Source: an uncultured Clostridia bacterium
GTDB taxonomy: Bacteria; Bacillota; Clostridia; Christensenellales; UBA1242
Reading direction: 5' to 3'
Assembly: GCA_944384535.1 (NCBI GenBank)
Contig: CALWTS010000010.1
Location: 4,651 to 68,650 of the forward strand
Length of the DNA: 64,000 nucleotides
Both the position numbers and the translations under genes were made by a program. Below are positions 46,728-57,700 of this stretch, in pieces. The first letter of the stretch is position 1. Each line of letters starts with the position of its first letter. Under the pieces are notes generated by a model. The model was not told the DNA's origin, made no database searches, and saw only the letters and a list, made by a program, of their open reading frames with translations.

Positions 46728-47816
46728 ATGGAAAAATTAAAAGAAAATGCAGTTGTTATTACTGTTTGTTTAAAAAAAAATGAAAGCATTAAAAGAAAGA
46801 CCGATGAAATAAATAGGTTGTGTTTTTCTGCTGATTTGAACGTTGTTAAAAATTATTACCAAGTCATTAAAGAATTTAATAAGGCAACTATAATAGGTAA
46901 AGGAAAAGTTGAAGAAATAAAAAACTATATTGTTTCATGTAATGAAATTATTGATGTTGTTATTGTTGATTATCCGCTTACAGGTTCTCAAATGAAAAAC
47001 CTTTCAGATGGTTTTGGTGTAAAAGTTGTCGACCGTGTGGGACTAATTATTGATATTTTTGCTAAAGGAGCAAAGTCAAAAGAAGCTAAATTACAAGTTA
47101 AACTAGCTCAAGATAAATATCTTCTTCCTAGATTATCTCAAATACAAGGAACAAGCGGAAGGTTTGGAAGTGCTGGGGTTGGAATGAGAGGACCGGGAGA
47201 GACAAAGTTAGAATTAAATAGACGTATTTTAGAACAAGAAATGGAAATGCTAGAAAAGCAAATTGAAAAGATAAAAACACAAAGACAAGCTTCCAGACGT
47301 GAAAGATTAAAATCTACTGTTCCTAAAATTGCTTTAGTGGGTTATACAAATGTTGGAAAGTCATCATTGTTAAATTTATTGGTAAAAGAGAGTATATATA
47401 CAGATGATAAGCTTTTTGCTACTTTAGATACAACTACAAGGAAACTTTATTTAGGGGGTGGAAAATTTGCTATTTTAACAGATACGGTTGGATTTATAAG
47501 TGATTTGCCACATCAGTTAATTGATGCTTTTTCTTCTACATTAGAAGAAGCTGTTGATGCAGATTTGTTGTTACATGTGGTTGATATTTCTTTAAACAAC
47601 GAAGAAAATGGTGAAAAAGAATTCCAAGTAAATATGAAAATAACTGAGGATTTGTTGGATAAAATTGGGGCGACTAAAAAACGTATAGTAGTTTATAATA
47701 AATCTGATTTATTAAATAAACCAATTTTATTGAAAGAAAATGAAGTATTAATAAGTACTAAAGAAAAAAGAGGAATTGACATTTTGTTGACAAAAATAAA
47801 GAATGAATTATATTAA
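46728..47816 (+). CDS. hflX: GTPase HflX
   Basis: It has the HflX N-domain (LIIDIFAKGAKSKEAKLQVKLAQ..., GPGETKLE), the G1 motif GYTNVGKSSL and the G3 motif DTVGF. Confidence 0.9.
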   Translation: MEKLKENAVVITVCLKKNESIKRKTDEINRLCFSADLNVVKNYYQVIKEFNKATIIGKGKVEEIKNYIVSCNEIIDVVIVDYPLTGSQMKNLSDGFGVKVVDRVGLIIDIFAKGAKSKEAKLQVKLAQDKYLLPRLSQIQGTSGRFGSAGVGMRGPGETKLELNRRILEQEMEMLEKQIEKIKTQRQASRRERLKSTVPKIALVGYTNVGKSSLLNLLVKESIYTDDKLFATLDTTTRKLYLGGGKFAILTDTVGFISDLPHQLIDAFSSTLEEAVDADLLLHVVDISLNNEENGEKEFQVNMKITEDLLDKIGATKKRIVVYNKSDLLNKPILLKENEVLISTKEKRGIDILLTKIKNELY

Positions 47817-47847
47817 AAAAATAGCAAATTATTTGCTATTTTTTTGA
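47814..47847. terminator. Bidirectional terminator between hflX and the DUF1858 gene
   Basis: The stem atagcaaa (47821-47828) pairs with tttgctat (47832-47839). It is flanked by A7 and T7 runs. Confidence 0.7.
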
Positions 47848-48053
47848 TCGTTATAAACCTCATTTAATTTTTTAACTAAGAAGTCGACATCAATTTCATG
47901 TACATTTGCAGCTTCTTCAATTGTTTCATCCATTCCTAAATGACAAAATATACAATGCATTCCAAATCCCATAAAAACATCTCCTAATCGTTCATCTAGT
48001 TTTATAACATCATCTATCGTCATATCTTTAGTAATTTTATTTAATTTAGTCAT
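47829..48053 (-). CDS. DUF1858-type (hybrid-cluster-protein-associated redox disulfide) small protein
   Basis: It has the motif TKDMTIDDVI...GMHCIFCHLGMDETIEEAANVHEIDVDFLV. I prefer the start at 48053 (SD aggagt) over 48092. Confidence 0.65.
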   Translation of the reverse strand: MTKLNKITKDMTIDDVIKLDERLGDVFMGFGMHCIFCHLGMDETIEEAANVHEIDVDFLVKKLNEVYNDQKNSK

Positions 48054-48193
48054 TTTTAACTCCTTCGCTAGCATTATAGCACAAGCGATCATCTAAGTCA
48101 AAGAAATTAAATTTTAAGTATAAGTATTTTGCTAATTTTATCTAATTTTGTAATTTAGTTATAAAATTTAAAGTACCCAAATAGATTATTACT

Positions 48194-48898
48194 ATGGAAA
48201 AAGCAAGTGATTATATTTCAAAAAAAGTTATATCTATTGAAAACGGGTGCGTAGTTGGATATGTGCTTGATATTATATATGATGATGATTTTAAAAAAAT
48301 TGAAAAATTTGTAATAGTTGATGATGAAAGTGAAAAAACTTTTTCTATTATTTATGATGATATAAAGTCAAAGAATAATGAGTGTTTAATGATTGAAAAC
48401 AACAATTTACTTCAACTATATTTTTCTGAGAATTTTTCTAATCCTATAGGGAAAAGTGTTTTTAATAAGGAAGGACTTTTTTTAGGTAATGTTGAAGATG
48501 TACTATTTTGTGGCAAATTGATAAAAAAAATAATTACAAACAAGTGTGAAATACCAGTAAAATTTATTTTTAAAGTTGGTAAAGATTGTATTATTTATGG
48601 TAAAAGAAGTAAAAATACAATAAGATATGATTTTAAATCAAAAAACAATCTTCCAAAAGTGTTTATAGAACAAATTAATAATAACAATTTCTACGATTTA
48701 AATAAGTCTAAAGAAATTGAAAAGCCAATAAAATTAATTGCAAATGAAAAAATTTTGATAGGAAGAGAAGCAAAAGCTGATATTTTTGGTTATAACAATG
48801 AAATCATTATAAAAAAATATGAAAAAATCACACAAAACGTTATTTATAAGGCAAAAATTCATAACAAGTTAAATTTATTATTTTTTTACAGTGAATGA
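48194..48898 (+). CDS. Hypothetical protein with two PRC-barrel-like segments
   Basis: It has repeated patterns of the form G..VG.V.D... (VISIENGCVVGYVLDIIYDD; VFNKEGLFLGNVEDVLF). This is weak, by-eye evidence only. Confidence 0.4.
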   Translation: MEKASDYISKKVISIENGCVVGYVLDIIYDDDFKKIEKFVIVDDESEKTFSIIYDDIKSKNNECLMIENNNLLQLYFSENFSNPIGKSVFNKEGLFLGNVEDVLFCGKLIKKIITNKCEIPVKFIFKVGKDCIIYGKRSKNTIRYDFKSKNNLPKVFIEQINNNNFYDLNKSKEIEKPIKLIANEKILIGREAKADIFGYNNEIIIKKYEKITQNVIYKAKIHNKLNLLFFYSE

Positions 48899-49026
48899 TA
48901 ATATTCTATGACCAAATTATGTAATTTTATCTTATAGAATATTTTATTCTATAAATTTGGTTAAATCTCGTGTAATCGTTTGTATTTTTGATTTATTTTG
49001 TAGTAAAATAAATTAGCGAGGTTTAT

Positions 49027-51702
49027 ATGGTTAGAATAGTTCCTAGAAGAACAAAGGTTAAACTTGAATTCGTAAAAGGAGTAACTGGAATAGATCTTAT
49101 AATTGCAATCATAGCTATTGCAATATTGATTGTGTTGGCTGCATCCAATTTTCCTGGGCACATTTGGATAGCTTTGGTTTGGGCGATTTTGGGTATTTCG
49201 CTCTTTTTTAAGATTGCAGATAGTGATAGATTTTATGTCACACTTGCGCATATGTCTAAATTTTCGATGCAGAAAAAAAAGTATGAAAAGAAACCAGCAA
49301 AAGGAAAAGCAAATATAAAAGATATTATTCCTTTTGAATCAATATACCAAGATAGATGTATTTCATATGGGAGTTATTTTGCCGAGGTTTTAGAAATAAA
49401 ACCAATTCTTTTTGATCTTTTGAATGAATATAATCAAAATAATGTAATTGATGTTGGTTTTGGAAATGCCTTGCGAAGGTTAGATGAAAATCAGGTTTGT
49501 GAGATTGTCAAAATTAATAAAGCAATGGTTTTAGATAATTATGCTTATAATGAAAATAAAAAATATGATAGATTACTAGATCAATTGTACGAGAAACAAA
49601 TGTCTCAAGCAGAAATTGATGCAAGAGCTCCTATTTTTGAAGAAAGGGTGTCTTTTATTGAGAATAAAAATAGAACTGATAAAATTTATAAAGATTATTT
49701 TTATTTAGTTGTTATGGGTAGGGATATTGAGGCTTTGGAAAATACTGTAAATGGTATGATATCTTCTTTAGCTACAGCTTTAACTCCTGTTACTGCAAAA
49801 AGATTGGTTGGAGCAGAACTTGCAATTTTTTTAAGAGCTAATTACAACAGAGAGTTTAATGAGAGAGATCTTGAAAGCGTACCATTTTCAGAGTTTATTG
49901 ATTGGGCTGTTCCTAATACCATAAAATTTTCTTCTGCTAAATACAATATTGATGGAAATAATTACAGAACCTATGCAATTACGGAATATCCTTTGCAGGT
50001 TGGAAATGCTTGGGGAGCTTCTTTTTTCTTACTTGATAGAACTAAGGTTGTTATGAAGTTTAAAAAAGCTCCTAAATATGAATCTGAAAAGAAGATTGAT
50101 AAAGCCATAATGGATATGGAAACTAAACTTTATAAAACAGGTAAAAGTAGTACTAGAATTGAGCTTCAAACACACCTTGAAACATTAAGAAATCTTTTGG
50201 CAGAACTTAAAAATAGTAATCAGCAACTTTATGATGTTAATACTTTTATCACTTGTGAAGATTCAGCAAGAAAAGATGTTAAATCGGTATTAAAGCAAGA
50301 AGGTTTTCGCTATACAGAACTTTTCTCTAGACAAATTGATGCTTTTATCAGTACGGGAATATCAATGAGAGATAATATTAAAGAATTACAAAGAGGTATT
50401 CCTACATATACTTTAGCCGGAGTATTCCCATTTATTTCTTCAGAATTACAAGATGATACTGGGTTTTATCTTGGCGACAATGAGTATCCTGTTTTTATTG
50501 ATTTCTTTAAAAGAGATGCTCAAAGAGTAAACTCTAATATGATGGTTATTGGGAAGTCAGGTTCTGGTAAATCTTTCTCAACAAAAACATTGCTAGCAAA
50601 TTTTGCTGCTGATAATACTAAAATTTTTATTGTAGACCCAGAAAAAGAATACGCGCCACTTTGTGAACAATTGCAGGGTAAGTTTATCGATGTTGGTACC
50701 TCTTTACAGGGTATAATTAATCCTTTCAACGTAATTCGTGCTTTAGATAAAGACGATGATGATGATAAAATAGAACCAGAAGATAAGGATAAAAATAAGA
50801 ATGGTAAGGTAGATGATTCGTTTAATCAACACTTACAATTCTTGGAGCAATTTTTAAGGACAATTCTTCATGGAATCTCAAGTGATGCTTTTGAGATGAT
50901 TAATTCGTTGGTTCTTGAATTATACAATAATTTTAACATAAATGAAAATACTGAATTAAAAAAATTAAAACCACAGGACTATCCTACGTTTGATGACTTG
51001 TACAAGTTGTTACAAGAAAAGTTAAAGACTGCAAAAGAAGAATATGTTTTAAATAATCTTAGGGTTGCTGAAGCATATTTAAGAAAATTTGCAAAGGGTG
51101 GTAGAAATTCTAACTTGTGGAATGGACCAACATCAATTGAAACAAACGAAAATTTTGTTTGTTTTAATTTTCAATCCTTGTTTGCTGGAAATAATGATAT
51201 GCTTACTTCTGCTCAAATGTTGCTTGTTTTCAAATATATTGAAAGTGAAGTTATTAATAACAAAGATTACAATGATTTACATAAAACAAACAGAAAAATC
51301 ATTGTTGTAGTAGATGAAGCTCACTTATTCATTAATCCTAAATTTCCAATTGCGTTGAATTTCATGACCTCAATGGCTAAACGTATTCGTAAATATGGTG
51401 GAATGCAGATAGTAATTACACAAAATATTAATGACTTTGTTGGATCTGAAGAAATTAAACGTCAATCTACAGCAGTTATTAATGCGTGTCAATATTCATT
51501 AATTTTCTCGTTATCGCCAAATGATGTAAATGACTTAATTGAACTTTACAAAAATTCTGGAGGTATTAATAAGGAAGAAAGAAATAGAATTGTTAGTGCA
51601 AGCGTAGGACAGGCATTTATTATTACTTCTCCTACATCAAGAACAATGGTACAAATAAATCCTTTACCATACGTAAAATCAATTATAGAAACAAAAAAAT
51701 AA
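49027..51702 (+). CDS. VirB4-type T4SS ATPase with fused N-terminal PrgI/VirB3-like two-TM module
   Basis: The N-terminus (MVRIVPRRTKVKLEFVKGVTGIDL plus two TMs) is PrgI/ORF17-like. The body is VirB4/TcpF/ORF16-like (YFAEVLEIKPILFDLL; YAITEYPLQVGNAW). It has the Walker A motif GKSGSGKS (50551-50574), the Walker B motif VVVDEAH (51301-51324) and RKYGGMQIVITQNINDF. Confidence 0.8.
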   Translation: MVRIVPRRTKVKLEFVKGVTGIDLIIAIIAIAILIVLAASNFPGHIWIALVWAILGISLFFKIADSDRFYVTLAHMSKFSMQKKKYEKKPAKGKANIKDIIPFESIYQDRCISYGSYFAEVLEIKPILFDLLNEYNQNNVIDVGFGNALRRLDENQVCEIVKINKAMVLDNYAYNENKKYDRLLDQLYEKQMSQAEIDARAPIFEERVSFIENKNRTDKIYKDYFYLVVMGRDIEALENTVNGMISSLATALTPVTAKRLVGAELAIFLRANYNREFNERDLESVPFSEFIDWAVPNTIKFSSAKYNIDGNNYRTYAITEYPLQVGNAWGASFFLLDRTKVVMKFKKAPKYESEKKIDKAIMDMETKLYKTGKSSTRIELQTHLETLRNLLAELKNSNQQLYDVNTFITCEDSARKDVKSVLKQEGFRYTELFSRQIDAFISTGISMRDNIKELQRGIPTYTLAGVFPFISSELQDDTGFYLGDNEYPVFIDFFKRDAQRVNSNMMVIGKSGSGKSFSTKTLLANFAADNTKIFIVDPEKEYAPLCEQLQGKFIDVGTSLQGIINPFNVIRALDKDDDDDKIEPEDKDKNKNGKVDDSFNQHLQFLEQFLRTILHGISSDAFEMINSLVLELYNNFNINENTELKKLKPQDYPTFDDLYKLLQEKLKTAKEEYVLNNLRVAEAYLRKFAKGGRNSNLWNGPTSIETNENFVCFNFQSLFAGNNDMLTSAQMLLVFKYIESEVINNKDYNDLHKTNRKIIVVVDEAHLFINPKFPIALNFMTSMAKRIRKYGGMQIVITQNINDFVGSEEIKRQSTAVINACQYSLIFSLSPNDVNDLIELYKNSGGINKEERNRIVSASVGQAFIITSPTSRTMVQINPLPYVKSIIETKK

Positions 51703-51721
51703 AGTTTAAAAAGGAAGTTTT

Positions 51722-54700
51722 ATGACAAAAACGAAAAAATTAAGTATGTTTATATTTAGTTTATTGCTTGTTTTAACGAGCTTCCTTTTTGTTGCATGTG
51801 GGAATAATGATTATTCTTTAACAAGCTTGACTGTTTCACAAGATGTAGTAGAAGTGTATGTAGGAGAACAAAAATCTATAGTGTTTACAATAGAAAACCC
51901 AGTAAGTTCTATGGATAAAGGGTTAAGTTTTACTTTATCTAATCCTAAAGTTTGCTCTGTGGAAATGATTGCAAATAATGATTATTCTACTACATATATG
52001 ATTACAGGCTTGAGAGGAGGAAACTCTAATTTAGATGTCTCAACAATTGAGGGAGGAAAGACCACAAGTGTTTCCATAAGTGTGAAGCAATATAGTGATA
52101 AAATTGAGAGTGGTTCTAATTCTTTATACTTATCTCCAAATTCTAGTTTGACTCCATCTTCTGCTGATTTCGTGTTTATGGAAGAGTCTACCGAAAGACA
52201 ATTAAATTACTACTTTTATGGAAAGGTTAAAGAGGATAATAAACTGGTTTTAGAAGATTTAATGAAAGATAATAATCTAATAAATAATTTTGTGAGTATT
52301 GAACTTTTAAACTATCAAAATCAATATTATTTGATATTTACCGATGGGGAAAATAATTTCTATACAATAGATTCTGGAACTATAGTTATTGGAAGTGAAA
52401 ACACAAAATATCAATTTGTTAAAGTAGAAAAAAATGAAGAAGGCATATATGTTTTTGACACAAATAAAGTTTCTCCAGTAACTCCTGGTGAAAAGTTTAC
52501 TTTTTTAGCGAATTATGTAAACGATTTAGATGAAACAATTTTTTGTGAAAGGAGCTTTTATGTTCTTTTGGATATCGATTTTGATAGCATCTCATATGAC
52601 TATGGTTATCAAATTGTAAATATGAATTATATTCCTGGCACAGAATCTTCTTACAAAATAGATGATATTGATAGAAGCGTAATTACACTTATTCCAGACT
52701 ACATTTCTGCAATAGAAAACGGTGTATTTATTGGTGAGAAAGCTCAATTTTTGACTGCATATCTTGAAGTTACGATTCAATCATCAAATGAGTTGTTGTT
52801 AATGAAATCAAAAGCTGAAAATGATAGTGTAATTAATAGTACATTAATAGGTACAATTGTAATTGGAGATACTAAAACGTATTATTTTCAAGTAAATTCT
52901 AATACTGGTGATATTGCAAAGACCAATTTTAATGTTACTTTTTATTATGATGGATTTCAAAATAGTAATGATAATAATGTTAATTACACATATTCAATTC
53001 CAGTTGAAGTTAAAGTAATTCCAAAAAATTTACACATAAACAATGTAGATTTAAATGAGATTAACAAGGAATTTATATTTTATAATAGTTATGCTGGTGA
53101 TAGTTTTGGATGGCAAAGTTTTCAATTTTCTGTGGTACCTACAAGTGCTGAATATGAATATTTACTTATAGATTTGACAGATTCTGGATTACAACTTAAA
53201 TATAAAAACACTGTTTATTCAAACGAAATTGTTAAAATTACAAACCTAAAAGACATTGTTTTTATTAAAGGTATTCAAGGTACTGAAATTACTGAGGTTG
53301 TTAAAAAATTGCCGGTTGAGTTGAAATTTAATATTATAAAAGAAGATTATATGTCTACATCTATAAACTATAAAATTGTTAAGGGTGCAACAAAACTTGA
53401 TTATAAAACTGAAGAGTTTAAGGAAAATATTTATATAGATGTTAATAGTTCCGAACCTTTGCAATTTAAGGACTTGTTTGCCGATGCGGAGTTTTCTCAA
53501 ATAAATTTCGATTTAACAAGTGGAAATGATATTGTAGATTTTAGTTACGACAAAGATAATCCTTATATTTTAGAAGGAAATGATTATTATCTAAATTTTA
53601 ACATCGAACCTAAACAAAAGGGGGTAGCTACTTATACCATTAGCATTGATAATGGAAAGCAAATCTCAATTACAATTACTGTTTTAGAATCATTAAATGA
53701 TATTTCAGTAAAAACTATTAATGAACAAAGAATTATTAATAATACAATTATAACTCCTGCGACAGAAGATACACCAGCTTCAACAATGTTCTATGTTTTA
53801 AATAAAAACAACAATGGTTATTTTGATATTAGTGTAATTTCAAATAATGATGAGAACTCAACAGCTATAAGAAGTATTGAAATTAAGTTAACTTCTCAAG
53901 TAGTACAATTAGGTGAAGCTCAAAACAATAATAAAAACTTTAATGTATACCTCAAACAAAATGGTTCAGGGCAAATTGAGTTGACTATATATGGATATCA
54001 GATTAACAATTTTACAAGAATAGAAATAAGTAAATTATACGTAATAAAAATTGTGTCATATAATTTTGTTGAAAATTTAAGTATATTCAAAATTCAAGAT
54101 GGAATGGGAGATTATTCTTCAAATACGAAGGCTTCTTATGGATATGTTTATTCAAATACAAATAGATCTGATGTACGAACATTAAAGTTGACAGCATCAG
54201 TTCAAAATACTAATGCTTACCTATTTTATAATCCTGCTACAGAAAATTATATTGAAGATTCTTTTAGTTTAGAATATGTTTATTGGGAATCTGCTCTTGA
54301 TTCTATTAAAATATACAAAAATGGAAAAAAAGTAGACAAGATGTATTATTCTGCATCTCAAACAAATGTTTATACACTGGGTTCTATAGGTACATTTGAT
54401 ACTTCTTCAATGACCTTTAATGCTTATTCGAATTATACATCTTCAAGTATAATATTGATTGCTCATGTAAGGCAATATGGGTTTACATATTCTTTTACTG
54501 TTAATATTAAAATTTATGAATATCAAGAAGTTAAAGCTATAACTTTACAATCCTCTCTAATTGATAATACTTTGGAGTTTTCAACATTATTGAGAGAACA
54601 AAGTTTAATTGCATATGCGACTAATTCACAAGAAGCTACAAATCCTGAAATAGTTGCGATATTTACTGGTGGAAAAATTACAATTGATGAAAATACCTAT

Positions 54701-57700
54701 TCAATGTTTGATCCTTTTACAAAAGATAATTATATTGAAAGTAATAAAAAGTATCAAATAACTTTAAAAGTAAATGAAGAGTTTATAAAATATGCAGAAA
54801 CTTATACTGAAACTATGCGGGGGACTTTATCTTTAGTTGCTGCAGATTGGTTAGACTCAGCTGGAAATATTATTAACCAATATGCAGAAAAAGTTAAGGA
54901 AATAACTGTTAACTTTGCAAATGGGACAGAAAAAAATAGATTTACTATTCAAAATGCAAGTGAATTTTTAGCAATAAAAGATAATCTTTCTGCTCATTAC
55001 AAAATTAATACAACAGTAGATTTATCATTAATTTCAAATCAATTACCATTAGGTGAATTGAAAGGGTCTATTATTGGTGTTAATGAGTACGCCAAAGTAA
55101 CAGGAATAGAAATTACAAATTCCATTGATGAAACTGTAAATGATGATTTAGTAAATCATTATTATGGAATATTTAGTAAAATATCATCTGGTGCATATAT
55201 TAATTATATTTCTTTTGAAGGTAAAATTAACATTGGTGATAACGATAACAAGCAAGAAAATGTTTATATTGGTTTAATAGCTGGAATAAATAATGGTTCA
55301 TTAATAAACATTGGAGTAACATTAAATACTTCTAACATTTACTTTACAAGTGGAAATGTAGGAGGCGTTGTTGGTCAAAATAGCGGATTGATTTTACAGG
55401 ATTTCACACTATTTGAGGATGATGAATCAACTACAAGAAGTAAAGAATTTGATGAAGTTGTTGAAGTTGAATTAAATGGAGTAGTTAAAAAGACATACTT
55501 ATATACAAACTTAACACCCAAAATATTAATTTACATGAACGATTTTATGAATGTTTATTATACAAATATAAATGATATAAATCACTATAATCGTATTGGT
55601 GGTGTTGCAGGATATAATGATGGTATAATTAAAAAAATTGACAGTTTATCTAAAACATACAGCAGTTATACAAATTATATGGCTTATTCTCTCATAAAAG
55701 CTACACCAGATAAAACTAATATTTTAAATAGTAGCTTTATTGGCGGATTGGTGGGAGAGAATAAATCCACATCAATTTCTGTAGGAGAAAGTTTTGAACT
55801 AAGTGGTGTGATTCAAGGTGGTTATAACAAATTTGAAAATCAGACATTAACCTATACACCTTATTTACAATATAAAACTGTAGATGATGCAGCTATTGAA
55901 AATAGTTATCAAGCAGGACAAGGTATTATTGTCGGTGGTGAGATTTGGGGATATGGTTATATAGGTGGTGTTGTAGGATACTATAGTGAATTGATTAAAA
56001 ATATTGCTTTGACTGGAATCACTGCACGTACTTTTGTTCGTGGGCAAACTATAGGAGAAAGTAATCCTAGTGTTGCAGTAATATCCAATATTGACGCATT
56101 AGTTGGTGCCACTACAACATCTGCTTTTGCCATTCAAGCTGTAGATGATGGTAAAACAGGAGAAGAATCATCTATGGTTATTATCTATGCTAGAGAATTA
56201 TTTAATACAAATTATTTAACAGATAGTGATTATATCGCATTTGGTAATAAAAATCCAGGTATAGATGTTATGAAAGGATTAAATGATGAAGAAAGTGGAA
56301 AATATGTAAATGTTTTAACATATCTTTCTTCAAGAAGATCTATGATTATTCCAGATGATGATAACTATATTACTATAGAATATTCTAATAAAGAAATTTA
56401 TTATGGCGATTTTGTTGTAGTTGCTTTAAATAACAGTGTTTATAATGTTGTAGCACAAGCTTTCTTTAAAAAGGGAAATGAGAAAGATTTATCTGTGTCA
56501 GAGGCTTTTAACAATAAAATGATTAGTGAAAGCGATAGCGATAATAAATACCAGATTTTTTACATGTATTATTTTAAAGTAGGAAGTGTTGCGGGAGATG
56601 TAGATATTACAGAAGCACAAAAATCTCTTGATACATATTTAAACAAGGTAAGTTATTCAAATAAATCAAATAGTTTATATCCTTTTATTGTGAATGGTGA
56701 AATTTCATTTGTATCAAAAACAAAAGATGTGTTAACCATTGATCAAAATGGGTTAATTACTGTTAAAAAAACAGGATTGGCTCAAATATCAGCTACAAGT
56801 GTTTTGAACTCTAATAATGCTTTAAATTTCTACATTTATGTTGTGAATTATTTTAATTCTGAAAGTTCAGAAGATGATAACAATAAAAAGAACTCGATTC
56901 TATATCCTATCGAATCAACATCAAGTGTGGCTATGGATGATTCTACAATAGAGTTGAGAGGTAATGAAAGTTCATCAGTCTATGTTTTACCTAGATATGA
57001 TGCAGATATTGTTTTATCAGAAGAGTCTAGTTTTATTTCCGATAAAAATGGATTGGTTTCACTTAATGGTATAGTGTTTAATTTAATTGGAAATAGCAAT
57101 ATTACCGCAAATGTTTCAGAAGAAGATGGTTTAGATATTAGCGTTGTTGGATCTACTATAACTTTTAGGAAAAATTCAAAAACAGAACAAAAAATATATT
57201 CTTTAACAATAAATCCAGTTTTACAACTTACAATTACGGAGGGTTTAAACGATTACGTTTTCTATTCTAAAATTAATAAAGAATTAAACAATATTAAAGT
57301 TGACTATAAATATGGTGCTTTAAGTTTAGATAATGTAAATTATAATGAGGTAACGATTTACACAAGTAAGATTGTTAAAGATGAAATAAAAATTACTTCA
57401 ACCGATAATAATATAGATAATGAAAAACCTAAGTATTATATTGTTGATTTTAATAATGAAAACTTACAGGGGGATATTAGTGGATTAAATTATCTATGTA
57501 GTGAGGGTGATGCATTATTTAATGTAGATTTTAAATCAAAAGATGGTAAAGAACCTGATGATTTTGGAAATTATGATTACGTTTATACAATGACAATTTC
57601 TATTAATACAAATTCTCAATTGTATAAAAATAGATATCAAAATAATATTTATGGTGTATATACATTAAATATTCAATCAGGTACAAACTCTGCTATTTCA

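Noticed and set aside
48961-49251. A 96-aa - strand ORF overlapping the start of the VirB4-like gene.
   Set aside because: It has no SD and a Cys/Asn/Tyr-rich composition with no structure. It overlaps the well-supported TM-encoding 5' end of the + strand gene.
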